Source: Hemiscyllium ocellatum
Lineage: Eukaryota
Reading direction: 5' to 3'
Assembly: GCF_020745735.1 (NCBI RefSeq)
Contig: NC_083403.1
Location: 44,380,766 to 44,444,765 of the forward strand
Length of the DNA stretch: 64,000 bases
Shown here: positions 1 to 12,351 of the stretch, piece after piece
Numbering within the stretch: position 1 is the stretch's first letter
Layout of the letters: the number at the start of each line of letters is the position of its first letter
Notes under the pieces: generated by a model
The model's database searches: none
What the model was told of the DNA's origin: nothing
What the model saw: only the letters and a program-made list of their open reading frames with translations
Position numbers and translations under genes: made by a program

Positions 1-825
1 ACTAGCACTAGACTGGCAACTGAACTCAGCAACACCACAAAGTTAACAGGTTTAGGAATTAAAATAAATCATTCCAATGCGAAGGAGAAAACTCAACAAT
101 TGGATAGCTGCCATTTGTGTTGAAATGGAAATTACAACATCCACCATCAACCTCTATATTGGGGCTGAGTGCATGAATGGGCCTGCTGGAAAGGATGAGC
201 TCTAAGCATTGCGAAAAACCACATGCAAAGTTGGTTTTGATATTCTCCCCGACCCTTGACAATGGATGCAAACATTTCCAGAATGCCTGCCAAAGAGCCA
301 AGCATTATCTCAGACATTTACCAGTAGTCTCCTCTAAACAGCCCTAACAAATAATTTATCTGTATCCTGTGCAGCAGAGTTATTATTCTTGCCCTTCACC
401 CACATGGCACCTGCATTATCCCTGTCCTCTTCCCTGGCAGCTCACTATATTTGCCCACTTCTGATGCATCCAGTCAGTCAAGAGTGCAATTAGCACTGGT
501 TATTACAGAAGTAATTCAAATCATCAGGCAGCCCAAAGCTGACATAGTAATCGATAGGTACAGATTAATGGCACATCATAATTTCTGATGGTCTGCTTTC
601 TAGCTGAATGTTCTGGAAGCTATTGAACTTATTCCATAATTGGAGAGCACTCCACTGCTAAAAATTACAAAATGAAAACTTGTGCATTGCTCTCAGAATT
701 TGCTGGAGAATTAGATGTAAATCCATATTTGTTCAAGTCACATCATATTCCATGTACAGTAGATAAAATGCTCAAATCTGTAACTGACAGATTTCCACTG
801 AGGTTCTCCCGTGTATCTGTGAAAG

Positions 826-1010
826 TCTGGAGGAGCCGGTGTTGGACTGGGCTGGACAATGTTAAAAATCACACAACACCATGTTATAGCCCAACAGGTT
901 TATTCAGAAGCACTAGCTTTCAAAGTGCTGCTCCTTCATCCAGTGGTTCAAAGGCTAGTGCTTCCAAATAAGCTTATTGGACTATAACCTGGTGTTGTGT
1001 GATTTTTAAC
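826..1010. mobile_element. Palindromic PLE terminal-repeat mini-insertion (family B) with decayed hammerhead
   Basis: Inverted arms of ...aaataaacctgttggactataacctggtgttgtgtgatttttaac, the same sequence as the 3' end of the PLE at 45040-45124. TSD tgtat(c/t)tgtgaaag at 812-825 and 1011-1024. Confidence 0.85.
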
Positions 1011-1847
1011 TGTATTTGTGAAAGAGCGAGAGAAATGTTAATGAAATAACACCAACAATGGATAAATGAGAGGGACTATATAACGTACCTCAACATTTCT
1101 ATAATTACTCTCTTCATAACGTTGTCAAGTAATTCAAGTCGGAAATAATATAACATCTTCCATTTCTGAATCTGCATCTAAATCATCCATATACTCGGTG
1201 AACAACAGTGATACCCGCGAGAGGAAGAATTTATATTGCCTAAGCTTGAGTTTTGATGGGTGTACATAAACTGATTAGATAACTAGTGTGACACAAATAT
1301 TCCTAGCTCCAGTCTGAAAGGAACCAGACCCCTAAAGATTCTTCAGCATGGTCATATTCAAAGCCACTGGCAATGCAGTCTTTGCCCAGTTCTGAAGTTG
1401 CACTTGTGGCTGCAGCAGACACACGGAGGACTCTTTACAGAAGGGTAGATATCCGAAGTGCTGCTTTCAGGGAGGATAGCACCTTGGATACTGTGGGAGA
1501 ATATATGCAAGATCTTCCTTCACCAATGCCCCCCTCTTCTGCCACTTCCAGAAGCTTGTCCTACTCTGTGTCACTTCCATTTATTTTTCCAGACATCCAC
1601 ATCCCATGAGAAACATTTACTGATAAACCATTGACTCATAGATTATGGCTCTATGCAGAAGCTTTACATTTGGTAAAAACTCTATGCCGTTCCCTGTAGA
1701 TCTTCGCAACTTTAAACCACTATAGAAAGAACCAAAATATTTGTAAAATCAAAGCTGGAGACAGAAGAAATCAGCCATCAGAAAATCTGTAGGGAGGTGA
1801 TGATCCCACTAAATAGCACTGGTGATGAAATTCTTAAACAGAATTAA

Positions 1848-2080
1848 GAATTGCTGGAGAAGATCAGCAGGTCTGGCAGCATCTGAGGAGAGAAAGTAGA
1901 GTTAACGTTTCAGGTGCAGTTACCCTTCATCAGACTACTGTCTTCCTCTGAAGAAGGGTCACTGGACCTGAAACTTTAACACTGGTTTCTCTCCCCAGAT
2001 GCCGCCAGATCTGCTGAGCTTTTCCGGCAGTTCCTGTTTTTACTTATGTTTCTGATTGCCAGTGTTTGCAGTTCTGTTTA
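1848..2080. mobile_element. Palindromic PLE terminal-repeat mini-insertion (family C) with two back-to-back hammerhead motifs
   Basis: Inverted arms. Minus strand AGT-CTGATGA-A-GGGT..ACCT-GAAA-CGTT-AACT (1900-1936); plus strand CTGAAGA-A-GGGTC-ACTG-GACCT-GAAA (1948-1973). Confidence 0.8.
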
Positions 2081-2184
2081 CGTGTACACCCATTTTGGAG
2101 CTCAAAAGGCATACATAGCAACCTGAAAACAGGCACAGCGATCCCAAACTCTTAACTATTTTGTTTGCTTTTGTACAATGTTAA

Positions 2185-3309
2185 GGCATTTGATAAGGTT
2201 CCCCATGGTAGGCTTATGCGGAAAGTCAGGAGGCATGGGATAGAGGGAAACTTGGCCAATTGGATAGAAAACTGGCTAACCGGTTGAAGTCAGAGAGTGG
2301 TGGTAGATGGTAAATATTCAGCCTGGAGCCCAGTTACAAGTGGAGTTCCACAGGGATCAGTTCTGGGTCCTCTGCTGTTTGTAATTTTTATTAATGACTT
2401 GGATGAGGGAGTCGAAGGGTGGGTCAGTAAATTTGCAGATGATACGAAGATTGGTGGAGTTTTGGACAGTGAGGAGGGCTGTTTCATTTGCAAAGGGACT
2501 TAGATATGATGCAGAGCTGGGCTGAGGAATGGCAGATGGAGTTCAACCCTGCCAAGTGTGAGGTTGTCCATTTTGGAAGAACAAATAAGAATGCGGAATA
2601 CAGGGTTAACGGTAGGGTTCTTAGTCAGGAGGAGGAACAGAGGGATCTTGGGGTCTCTGTACATAGATCTTTAAAAGTTGCCACTCAGGTGGATAGAGCT
2701 TGTAAGAAGGCCTATGGTGTATTAGCGTTCATTAGCAGAGGGATTGAATTCAAGAGTCGTGAAGTGATGTTGCAGCTGTACAGGACTTTGGTTAGGCCAC
2801 ATTTGGAGTACTGTGTGCAGTTCTGGTTGCCTCACTTTAGGAAAGATGTGGGAGCATTGGAGAGGGTGCAGAGAAGATTTACCAGGATGTTGCCTGGAAC
2901 GGAGAATAGGTCGTACGAGGATAGGTTGAGAGTTCTCGGCCTTTTCTCGTTGGAACGGCGAAGGATGAGGGGTGACTTGATAGAGGTTTATAAGATGATC
3001 AGAGGAATAGATAGAGTAGACAGTCAGAAACTTTTTCCCCGGGTACAACAGAGTATTACAAGGGGACATAAATTTAAGGTGAAGGGTGGAAGGTATATGG
3101 GAGATGTCAGGGGTGGGTTCTTTACCCAGAGAGTGGCGGGGGCATGGAATGCGCTGCCCGTGGGAGTGGTAGAGTCAGAATCGTTGGCGACCTTTAAGCG
3201 GCAATTGGATAGGTACATGGATGGGTGCTTAATCTAGGATAGATGTTCGGCACAACATCATGGGCCGAAGGGCCTGTTCTGTGCTGTATTGTTCTATGTT
3301 CTATGTTCT
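2185..3309 (+). mobile_element. 5'-truncated CR1 (HER1-like) LINE, young copy
   Basis: ORFs 2297-2503 and 2488-3237 give [28 protein letters not shown]. (TTCTATG)n tail. TSD aatgttaa at 2177-2184 and 3310-3317. Confidence 0.95.
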
Positions 3310-4029
3310 AATGTTAACTAATGAGATACTGAGCAGTCATTAATTGACCAACTTCTCTGATTGTCTGGGAACCTTCAGCAATGACGGACTCAGATGCTTG
3401 TTGCAAGCAATCCAGAAGGGAATTTGTAGAGTGTTGGCAAGCAGTGGTAGTGCACCAATGAGTTGTTGCACCGCCTTGGGAATAGGTATGCTGGCCATAA
3501 TCCCAAAGGCAAATTCTTATACATGTGCTGGGCTACATTGGATCTGGTGTGAATATTCTGGGCAATAAAGTTCCCAGATAATAGCTATTGACATTTTGGC
3601 ATCAACAATAACTTTCTTAAAATAAATGCTTGCAATACCTATTCAATTCTACTTAATTCTTTCCTTCATTTCCTTCCATGCCTCCAGTTATACTGTCTGT
3701 TCCCTAAATTTGTAGCCTGCCTTGAGAGAAATTTGTAATTTTGACAACAAAATTAATGTTTTGTTTTCACTATTAAAGGAATCCCATTTAATCGAGTAAA
3801 TGAACAAACAGGGGCAGTGCCGTCAATGCCAAGTTCTGTCAAGAGGGAACCAACTGCATCAATAAGACCAGAGAATTGATTTGGCACCTCAGGAAGGGAG
3901 CCTCACACAAGTTGTGGATAAAACTCAAAGCTATCAAGCAACTATCATCTTATCCAGTTGGAGAAGCAGCTAAATCAGCAATAAAGCTGTGTGGGACTTA
4001 CCAAACGGTAACAGTGAGAGTGGAGAGCT

Positions 4030-5310
4030 GCTCGTAATGTGGTTTCCTTGACATTGAAGAAATGAGGCTTAGACTGGGTGACCATTTTGCAGAGTACTTG
4101 TGCTCTGCCCGCAAAAAAATCCTGATTTCCTGGTTGCCTGCCACTTCAACACAGGACCCTGTTCCCTGGCCAACATCTCTGTCTCAGGCTTGCTGCAGTG
4201 CTCCAGCGAAACTCAGCACAAACTGGAAGAACAGCATCTCATTTTCCACTCAGGGACCCTGCAGCCCTCTGGACTCAATATCAAGTTCACTACCTTTAGG
4301 GCTCGAGGTCTCCCATGTCCTTACATCAACTCCCACACCCTGCCTTGTTTTCACATTGTCTGCAATTACACACAACTCATGATTAAAAATCACACAATAC
4401 CAGGTTATAGACCAACAGATTTACTTGGAAGCATTATCTTTCAAAGCACTGCTTCTTCCAGGACTATAACCTGGTGTTGTGTGATTTTAAACTTTGTCCA
4501 ACCTAGTCCAACATGAGCTCCTTCAAAACACACAACCCATTGTTAGCCACTAACAGTCTCCATTAACAGCTATTCACCCTCCTAGCCAGATCGTTATCCA
4601 ATGTCTGTCTGACTGTTCTTTTCTCTCCCTTTGGGGTCTATCCATACCTATCGTTTATTCCTTACACTCTCCCCCCTACCATTTACAGAGAAACCTCAAT
4701 TATCCAGCATTCATTCAGATAAATGTGAGGTGCTGCATTTTGGGAAAGCAAATCTTAGCAGGACTTATACACTTAATGGTAATGTCCTAGGGAGTGTTGC
4801 TGAACAAAGAGCCCTTGGAGTGCACTCCTTGGAAGTGGAGTCGCCAGTAGATAGAATATAGTGAAGAAGGCGTCTGGTAGGCTTTCCTTTGTTGGTCAGA
4901 GTATTGAATATTCTGAGGGCATAGGTTTAGGATGAGAGGGGAAAGATATAGAAGAGGCCTAAGGGGTGGTGCGTGTGTGGAATGGGCTGCTAGAGGAAGT
5001 GGTGGAGGCTGGTACAATTACAATATTTAAAAGGCATTTGGATAGGTATACGAATAGAGAGGGTTTGGAAGGATATGGGCTGGGTGCTGGCAGGTGGGAC
5101 TAGATTGGGTTAAGATATCTGGTCTGTATGAGCGTGTTGGACTGAAGGGTCTGTTTCCACGCTGTACATCTCTATGACTATGACTCTATTTGATTATTGG
5201 ATTATCCGGCAAAATTGCAAGGTCCCGATTCTCGGCTGCCAGACCTGTTGAACTTCCTCAACAATTTCTATTTGTTTTTCTAATTTATAGCATCCACAGT
5301 TCTTCCGGTT
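4030..5310 (+). mobile_element. Nested stack: PLE 3' fragment (GIY-YIG C-terminus) containing a family-B palindrome (4381-4527) and a Tigger-like MITE end (about 4684-5230), itself interrupted by a CR1 3' fragment (about 4715-5190)
   Basis: ORF 4100-4516 reads VACHFN...KLEEQHLIFHSGTLQPSGLNI. TSD acacacaac(t/c)cat at 4368-4380 and 4528-4540. tacagagaaacctcaattatcc TIR-like end. CR1 KCEVLHFGK plus ctatga tail. Confidence 0.8.
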
Positions 5311-5379
5311 ATTATAGTGAGAGTGAAGGAGTCCCAGAAGCAGACAGACTAGAGGAGAAGCTGTGTGTGACTTGGAAGT

Positions 5380-7920
5380 GACAGTGGGAAGGCCAAAAGG
5401 AGCAGCATGAGCAGAAAAATCCCAGAAAAAGACCAGTGTGTGGGACTCGAGAGTGGTGGCAGTGAGGTTAAAAAGAATAATGAGAAGAGAGATCGCCAGA
5501 GCAGTGGGTGAGTTATTTGAGAGCTAATAGCAGCAACAATAAGGAAAGTACTTTTCTAGTCTATATTTATTAGGAGTAATGGTTAAGTACAAGGAACAAT
5601 CCATCTTCTCTTTAGTTAAGGTTAGCTGGGGTGCTCAGATCTGTGATATGCACATTGTACACTGTGCACTGTGCTCCCAGCAGGCTGAATGATCCTGTGT
5701 ACAGGTGCCTCTGGCTGGAGGAACAAAGACTTGGGCTTCTGGAGTCCAGCAGCAGCCAAGGACACTATAGTGCATTTGTGAGGCTGAAAGGTTTGAGAAC
5801 AGCAAGATTTTGACACCCTGCAGCTTAAGGAGGTCCAAAGAGAGATTGGGTTCCCATCAGTCAGAGGAAGAGGATCAAGCAGATAGTGAGAGAATCCCCA
5901 AGAGCATCTTACTTGCAAGGAACTTTTCAGCCTTGGAAAACATTGAGAGTCAGGGTGGGGGGAGAGGTGGTCACAATATTGATCAAGAAATGAATTATAA
6001 CAATGAGGAGGGGTAATGTCTTAGAAGAATCATCAAATGAGGCCATATGGGTGCATGTAAAACACAAAAGGAGCAAGCAATACTCAGCGAGGGAGAAAGA
6101 GACAGAGAGAGAGAGAGAAGATGAAAAATATAATCAAATAATGGAGAAATGAATCATATTAAGGCAGTAATAAAGTCAGTTTTAATGACCCAGATATGGA
6201 TTGCTTTCGTTATACAAAGTAAAGAGGAACCAAAATTCTTAAATTACATCAAGAACAACTTTATTTCCCCAGTAGGTAGGAAGCCCCAGATAATGAAGGA
6301 GCGGTTCTGGACCAAATAATCAGAAATGAGCTGGAGAGGGAAAAGGGTTATCAGCAGGTGAGAATTTTGGAGATCGTGACCATAAACCAGTTAGATTCAG
6401 GATGGTAATGGAAAAGGATGAAGGTGAGCCAGGAATAAAAGTTTTAAACCGAGAAAAGGCAAATGTTATTAAGGATCGATACAATTTGGCCCCCGTGGGC
6501 TGGGAGCAGGAAACACTGTGTCAGAGCAGTGCTAAAATCGCTCATAAAAGTTTGGTCAAGAACATAAAAGCCCGTGGGATTTAATGCAAAGTGACATGTT
6601 GGACTCAAAGTTGTCTAAGAGGCATAAAGCAGTGGATGATTAATGTTTTGGACTTAAATGTAAGGGTCGTGATCAGCAAGTTGGCAATTAACATGAGAAT
6701 TGGATTGGGTGGTAACAGTGAAGAAGATATCCATAAACTGCAGGAGAATACAAACAGTGCAGTCAGGTGGGCAGAGCAGTGGCAAATAGAATTCAACCAA
6801 AAAAGCATGAGGTAGTGTATTTGGGATTGCTAACAAAGTAAGGACTACATGATGAATGGTAGGACCATGGGAAACATGATTAGATAGATTCCCTACTGGA
6901 TAGAAACAGGCCCCTCAGCCCAACAAGTCCACACTGACCCTCCGAAGAGTAATCCACCCAGACCCATTCCCCTACCCTATATTTATTTATCCCTGACTAT
7001 CGGCAATTTAGCGTGGCCAATCCACCTAACCTGCACATCTTTGGACTGTGGGAGGAAACCAGAACACCCGGAGGAAACCCATGCAGACACGGGGAGAATG
7101 TGCAAACTCCACGCAGACAGTCACCCAAGGTGGGAATCGAAACCAGGTCACTGAGCCACAGTGCCACCCATATTGAAGATTTGAAGTATTGAAGATCAAA
7201 AGGACCTTGGTGTGTTATTCCCAAGTTCCTGAGGGAGAAAGGCAGGTCGATAAGGTGGTTAAGATGGTCTATGCAATACTCGCATTGATTAGCTGAGGCT
7301 TAAAATACAAGAGCAGGGAGGTTACATTGGAACTGTATAAAATGCTAGTTAGACCATTGCTGGAGTAATGTGTGCAGTTCTGGTCACCACAATATAGGAA
7401 GGTTGTGTTTGTACCAGAGAGGGTGCAGAGAAGATTCAATAGGATGCTGCCTGGGTTGGAGCATCTGAGCTAGGAGGAACAACTGGATCGGATGGGGTTC
7501 CCTTCTTTGAAGCAGCAAAGGCTAAGAAGGGACCTGTTTGTGCAGTGTAAGATTTTGATGGGGATAGATAGAATGAATAGGAAGGCACTGTTTCCATTAG
7601 AATAGAGATTAATAAGGTGGGTGGGTGGGTGGAGTGCAGGGGGAGGTGAGGGGGTGACATAGATTTAAGCTAAGTGTTGGAATGCCAGAAGGGAATATAA
7701 GGGGAATCATTTTCATGCACTTGGCTGGTGTGAGCCTGGAACTCACCACCACTTGATTGACAAAAAATTTAAGCAGTTTTTAAATATTCATTTTCTTTGC
7801 TATCATTTTAGGACTATGGGCTAAGAACTGGTAAGTAGGATGAGTGTACTGAGACACTTATTAACCAGCTTGGGCACAATGGGCCATATGGCCTCGGCCT
7901 GTAGTGTAAATATATATGAA
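5380..7920 (+). mobile_element. Old, heavily degraded CR1 LINE (ORF1 and ORF2 remnants)
   Basis: Fragmentary CR1 motifs: ORF1 Cys region at about 5630-5730, ISKLAINMRIG, RWAEQWQIEFN, LVRPLLE-CVQFWSP. Interrupted by an HE1 SINE. Confidence 0.7.
6880..7170 (-). mobile_element. HE1-type tRNA-derived V-SINE
   Basis: Reverse complement of gtggagtttgcacattctccccgtgtctgc..tgggtttcctccggg core with CR1-derived 3' tail. Confidence 0.9.
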
Positions 7921-8945
7921 GTTTTGAGCATGTCCTTGACAATTGGATCAACATTATCCACCTTTCAGCTTTTCGGCTCTATTTTGAATACCAAATGAAG
8001 GGATAGAGTCTCAAAATCAGTGATAAGCAAACACGCGCTAACAAAAGGGGTAGCTGACTTCAATTTGCCATGCAGTGTAATTAAGCAAGGAGAGGTTCAC
8101 AACAGCAGAGTTTTGCAACAAGTTCGAAGAGAGCCAATGCACGAAACTCAGCCAGGATGCGTTAAACAAAATGCGAACAACTGGCACTTGCCAGTGGAAT
8201 TATTACAGCACGATTCCAGGGAGTGATCAACAACTGAACAGAAAGTCTAACCTGCAGCTAATGGTCACAGTGCAGATTAGTTGCCCAAGCACAAAGAGGA
8301 GGCTTGGGAGGTAACTCTGCACACATGGTGGTATAGCCATACAGTGATCATCGACTTCAGCTGGAAACCGCACTGAAACTGTAGTACTGTCTGAGAACAG
8401 CTGTTGCCAGTTTCACAGGGTGTGGTTCAAATTTGCTTCAACAAATATTGTTGACTGCAGGATCAGATGTTACAACAGTTGATTCATCCAATGACTTGTA
8501 TACAGCTCTCCTGTGCTTGCTCCCTCAAATTTAACAAGGTGTCAATGAACACAATGGCATAATTCCATTGAAGCTCTCTCTCTGACTGGATCATTCTCCA
8601 GGATGGAATGTTTCCAATTGATCGTCCCATGCAGGGCTTAAAGTACAGAGGGTCAGTGCCTAATTTGGGGAATTTATTAACCTTGGAAAGAAAGAAAATG
8701 AAGATGATCCGCTTATCAAAGGGACAAGAATGGGAGGATACAGCTTTACCAAGATCTGCAAAAGCAGCAAGGGTGATACGAGGAAAACCTTTCTCTGTAA
8801 GCCAGTAGGTGTGGTATGGAATGCACTGTCTGGAAATGTAGTGGAGGCAGATTCAATTGAGGGATTCAAGAAGACATTGGATAATTAGTTGGGTAGAAAA
8901 ATTGCGTAAGGTTGTAGGGAAAAAGAAGAGGATTGGCATTAACTT

Positions 8946-9040
8946 ATTCCTGATGAAGGGCTTTTGCCCGAAACGTCAATTTTGCTGCTCCTTGGATGCT
9001 GCCTGAACTGCTGTGCTCTTCCAGCACCACTAATCCAGAA
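8946..9040 (+). mobile_element. Solo PLE terminal repeat (family A) starting at an intact hammerhead core, inserted in a CR1 3' fragment
   Basis: ATTC-CTGATGA-A-GGGC-TTTT-GCCC-GAAA-CGTC followed by the same tail as the PLE at 34530-34590. Confidence 0.85.
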
Positions 9041-9199
9041 CTAGGTAATAGTGTTAGTCTGAAGGGCCAGTGCAGGCCTGATGGATCAAATAGCCTTCTT
9101 CTGTGCCATAACAATTCTGTGATTCTGGTGATGATCTCCTCTACTTGTTTGTACAGTTATGTCATGTTATTGATAATAGTCTAATAATTATCAGCAATT

Positions 9200-9510
9200 T
9201 ATTTTTTCATTAATGGGATGTGAATGCTGCCAGTTAGCTTGCAGCATTTATTGTCCATGCCTAATTGCCCAGACGGCATTTAAGAGTCAACTACATTACC
9301 TGGGTCTGGAGTCACATGTAGGCCAGACCAGGTAAGGACAGCAGTCTCCTTCCCCAAAGGACATTAATGAACCAGAAGGAGTATTCCTGACCATCAGCAA
9401 CGGCTTCGCGGTCGTCATATACTCTTAATCCTGATTTTATTTATTGTATTCTGCCATGACCTGAAGATTAGCTGGATCTCTGGATTATGAGCCTAGTCAT
9501 AAAACCACTG
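9200..9510 (-). mobile_element. tRNA-derived SINE (Deu-domain/SacSINE1-like)
   Basis: gagtcaac..cattacctgggtctggagtcacatgtaggccagaccaggtaaggac core. Tail resembles the 3' end of the LINE at 49380-49450. Confidence 0.65.
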
Positions 9511-9745
9511 GAGTCGATAAAGTGTGGAGCTGGAAAAAGCACAGCAAGTCAAGCAGCATCAGAAGAATAGGAGAGTCAATGTTTCAGGTCGGGACTTGAG
9601 TCTTGATGAAAGGTCCCATCCTGAAACATCGACTCTCCTGCTCCTCTGATGCTGCTTGACTTGCTGTGTTTTTTTCTCCAGCTCCACACTTTATCAACTT
9701 TGACTTTCCAGCATGTGCAGCCCTCACTATCTCCATGTTCGCATA
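9511..9745. mobile_element. Palindromic PLE terminal-repeat mini-insertion (family D)
   Basis: Inverted arms of about 80 bp (gataaagtgtggagctggaaaaagcacagcaagtcaagcagcatcaga and its reverse complement). Apex motif GAGTC-TTGATGA-A-AGG..CCT-GAAA-CATC-GACTC at 9598-9635. Confidence 0.8.
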
Positions 9746-10199
9746 AAACCACCAGACCATCTCCTCCTCTCAACTTTGTGGGTTAGTTTATTTAAAACAA
9801 AGAATTTTACTGCAAATTATGAGGCAGACATTGCAACAAACCAATTGATTTCTTGCAGCTTACAAACCTATAACAAACTAACTGACAGGCAAACTTGCAG
9901 TATTGTGTACCCAATACACATGGAGTTCTTAAAAACTCTCTTGAAAGCAGCGTAGGCATGCAATCTCCCCTTCCTTTCCAAAAAACAGCTTAATTGTTAA
10001 CAATAATAAGTCATCCTAAAAAATAATTGACCATTTTCTAATTAATCTGCTCAGAAATGCTATTACACACCTCCGGACTAGGTGGGACTTGAACTCAGGC
10101 CTCTTAATTCAGAAGCATAGACACTACTACTGTACCACAAGACACCTGAGAAGTAGCTAGAAGGCACAGGTACATTCAGATCTTGGATAGTGACTTTGG

Positions 10200-12351
10200 A
10201 GACATTGTCAAGTTTGTCTTTCAGCTATTGGCATTCCAGAACTTTCACACCTTGATGCAATACAGCCAAGATTGGTTCCAGATTTGCTGGCTGTTCCTCA
10301 AGCTGTATATGAGTGGTTCAGATCTTTTTGGAATTTACTGTTTTGCTCCTTAAGAAATTCCATTTCAGCAATTCTTTAGCTTCCTCTGTACACTACTTGA
10401 ATTCTTTCATTAGAGGAGCATCACTAGCATTTATTTCTGAACGAACATGTCTTATGAGTGATTTGCAGCTCTTGACCTATGCACTATGTTTCTCCATCTG
10501 TTTTTGCAGGTCTGCATTTTATCCAGCATTGTCTTGAGCTCAAAACAATTTCTGTATCTGCTCCTGCCAAACCTAATCTGTTTTATGTGCATGTTATTCC
10601 ACATATTCCTGCAAACTAGTGATCTTTGCCTTGATTGACAATATGGAGCATGTAATTGATCCTTTTTGTTTTCTTTCTTTCTCTTCATTCACCTTTGTGA
10701 GCTCAGTCAGAGTATCCCTTAAAGTCCTCACCACACTAGAGATGATAGTCTCAAATCCAGAACTAGTCCTTTATAGAACTCTCTTCCTCTTGAACCTTCA
10801 TTTTTCACACATCAGTCGAGTGCGAAGATTTTCCAAAGAAAGTGAAGTGTTCTGTTCTTCATTCATATTTAGCTCTGTAAGTTTTTCTTAAATAATTGGT
10901 TGCAGTTTCATTTGTGTTTCTGATCTTTGTCAGATTCAATGAATAGAGACTAGTGTTAGGTCATGACAAGCTGGTATACCTGCAGTTGTTGGTCCTGCAG
11001 TGTTTGTGATGTAGGTCATCCGAGACATCCAGTCAGACTGACTGCACTTGCTCCTGCTCAATGAATGCTGAAAGATTTACATTTGTGGGTTTCGGTCATG
11101 TCTTCCCATGTCAGTGGGAACATGTCCTTTTATGATTCACAGGGGTATTATATTAGCACTTGCCCCTTTGTCAATCTTCACCAACAATGAGTAATCCTCA
11201 GTTTTCTGAGATCAGATCATTTCTTTAGATGGAATGACAACTTTAATGATTTTCATGAGGTTGGCAGTGGGAGACATATGTTCATTATTTTTGTCTCATC
11301 AGGTACATGATATGATTCTAATTTGTTGATCACTTCATGCATATGCCTCTGGCATGATATCAAATGATCTTTGTTACAACTTGAATACATTCCTTGTGAG
11401 CAGTCTACTTAGGGGTGCGTGGCTCTTTGCTGCATCAGCCTTGGCTCTAGTGCACTGCCTCTGCTCGTGGCCTTTTCTGCCATATGGAATCATAGAAATC
11501 CTTGATTGAAAGCTGGAGATTTTCTTGGTCCGCACAGAGTGTACACATGCATTGCTACGTTTGGGTGTTCTAGTGATTTGCCGTTTGTTGAATTTGTACT
11601 TAGGACCCGTAAACCTCATTGACTTGTGAGGACTGCATCTTATTTGTGTTCATCCTTCAGTAGTTCTGCAATGCTATTGGTCTTTGGTTTGTTGAGGAAA
11701 TTATTTGGAAATGCATCCATAGGGACAGGTACAGTCACCAGATTAACAATTCTGTTTACTAGCTCCCCCATCTGAAAAATCACATCATGTGCCCTTTCAT
11801 TTGTACCTGCGTACCCAATGGTTGATGGATTACATAAATTTCCGTCTAAATGACATGAATTCAGTTTGATGATAGTTTACTCTGATTCTAATTTGGTCTT
11901 CTAATAAAATCTAAAGCATTTGAGAATCATTCAGCTCTCCAGTTGTTAATGTTAAAATATTCAGTCTGTGTAAACGTCTCCCCCATTAATAAGCAAATCT
12001 TAATGGCTTGCTTTTCTACTAGAAACCGTAGCTTTGAACGCCATTTAAACATTTTAAATTCTGTTGGAAAGTCTGCTGTGTCGCAATTTAAATTTGGTAA
12101 ATGGCATGATTAATTCAATATTTTAGACTATTGTTTAGGGATTGATTAACTCCCTTTAATTATTTTAGTTTATTTAAAGTAGTAACACACATTCCCAGTG
12201 CTGTACAGACAGTACAGCAAACCAACTGATATCTGTGATACATGCAGCTTGTAAAGCCACAGCAGAGTAAATGGCAGGCAGAGCGACAACATTGTAAAAA
12301 TAGAATCCTTAAAGGTGGACGTTCTTAAAGGCGTGGTATACCTATATCACA
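10200..12351 (-). mobile_element. Decayed Ty3/Gypsy LTR-retrotransposon relic (gag with Zn knuckle, aspartic protease, putative short LTR 12234-12351)
   Basis: Minus-strand peptides CDFSDGELVNRIVNLV (gag), YGRKGHEQRQC (knuckle, about 11450-11490) and LLVKIDKGASANNIPL (DTGA-like, about 11140-11190). tgtgata...tatcaca termini. Confidence 0.65.

Noticed and set aside
59-350. Minus-strand exon or connexin (GJB7) coding start
   Set aside because: No frame gives connexin motifs, and all frames close quickly.
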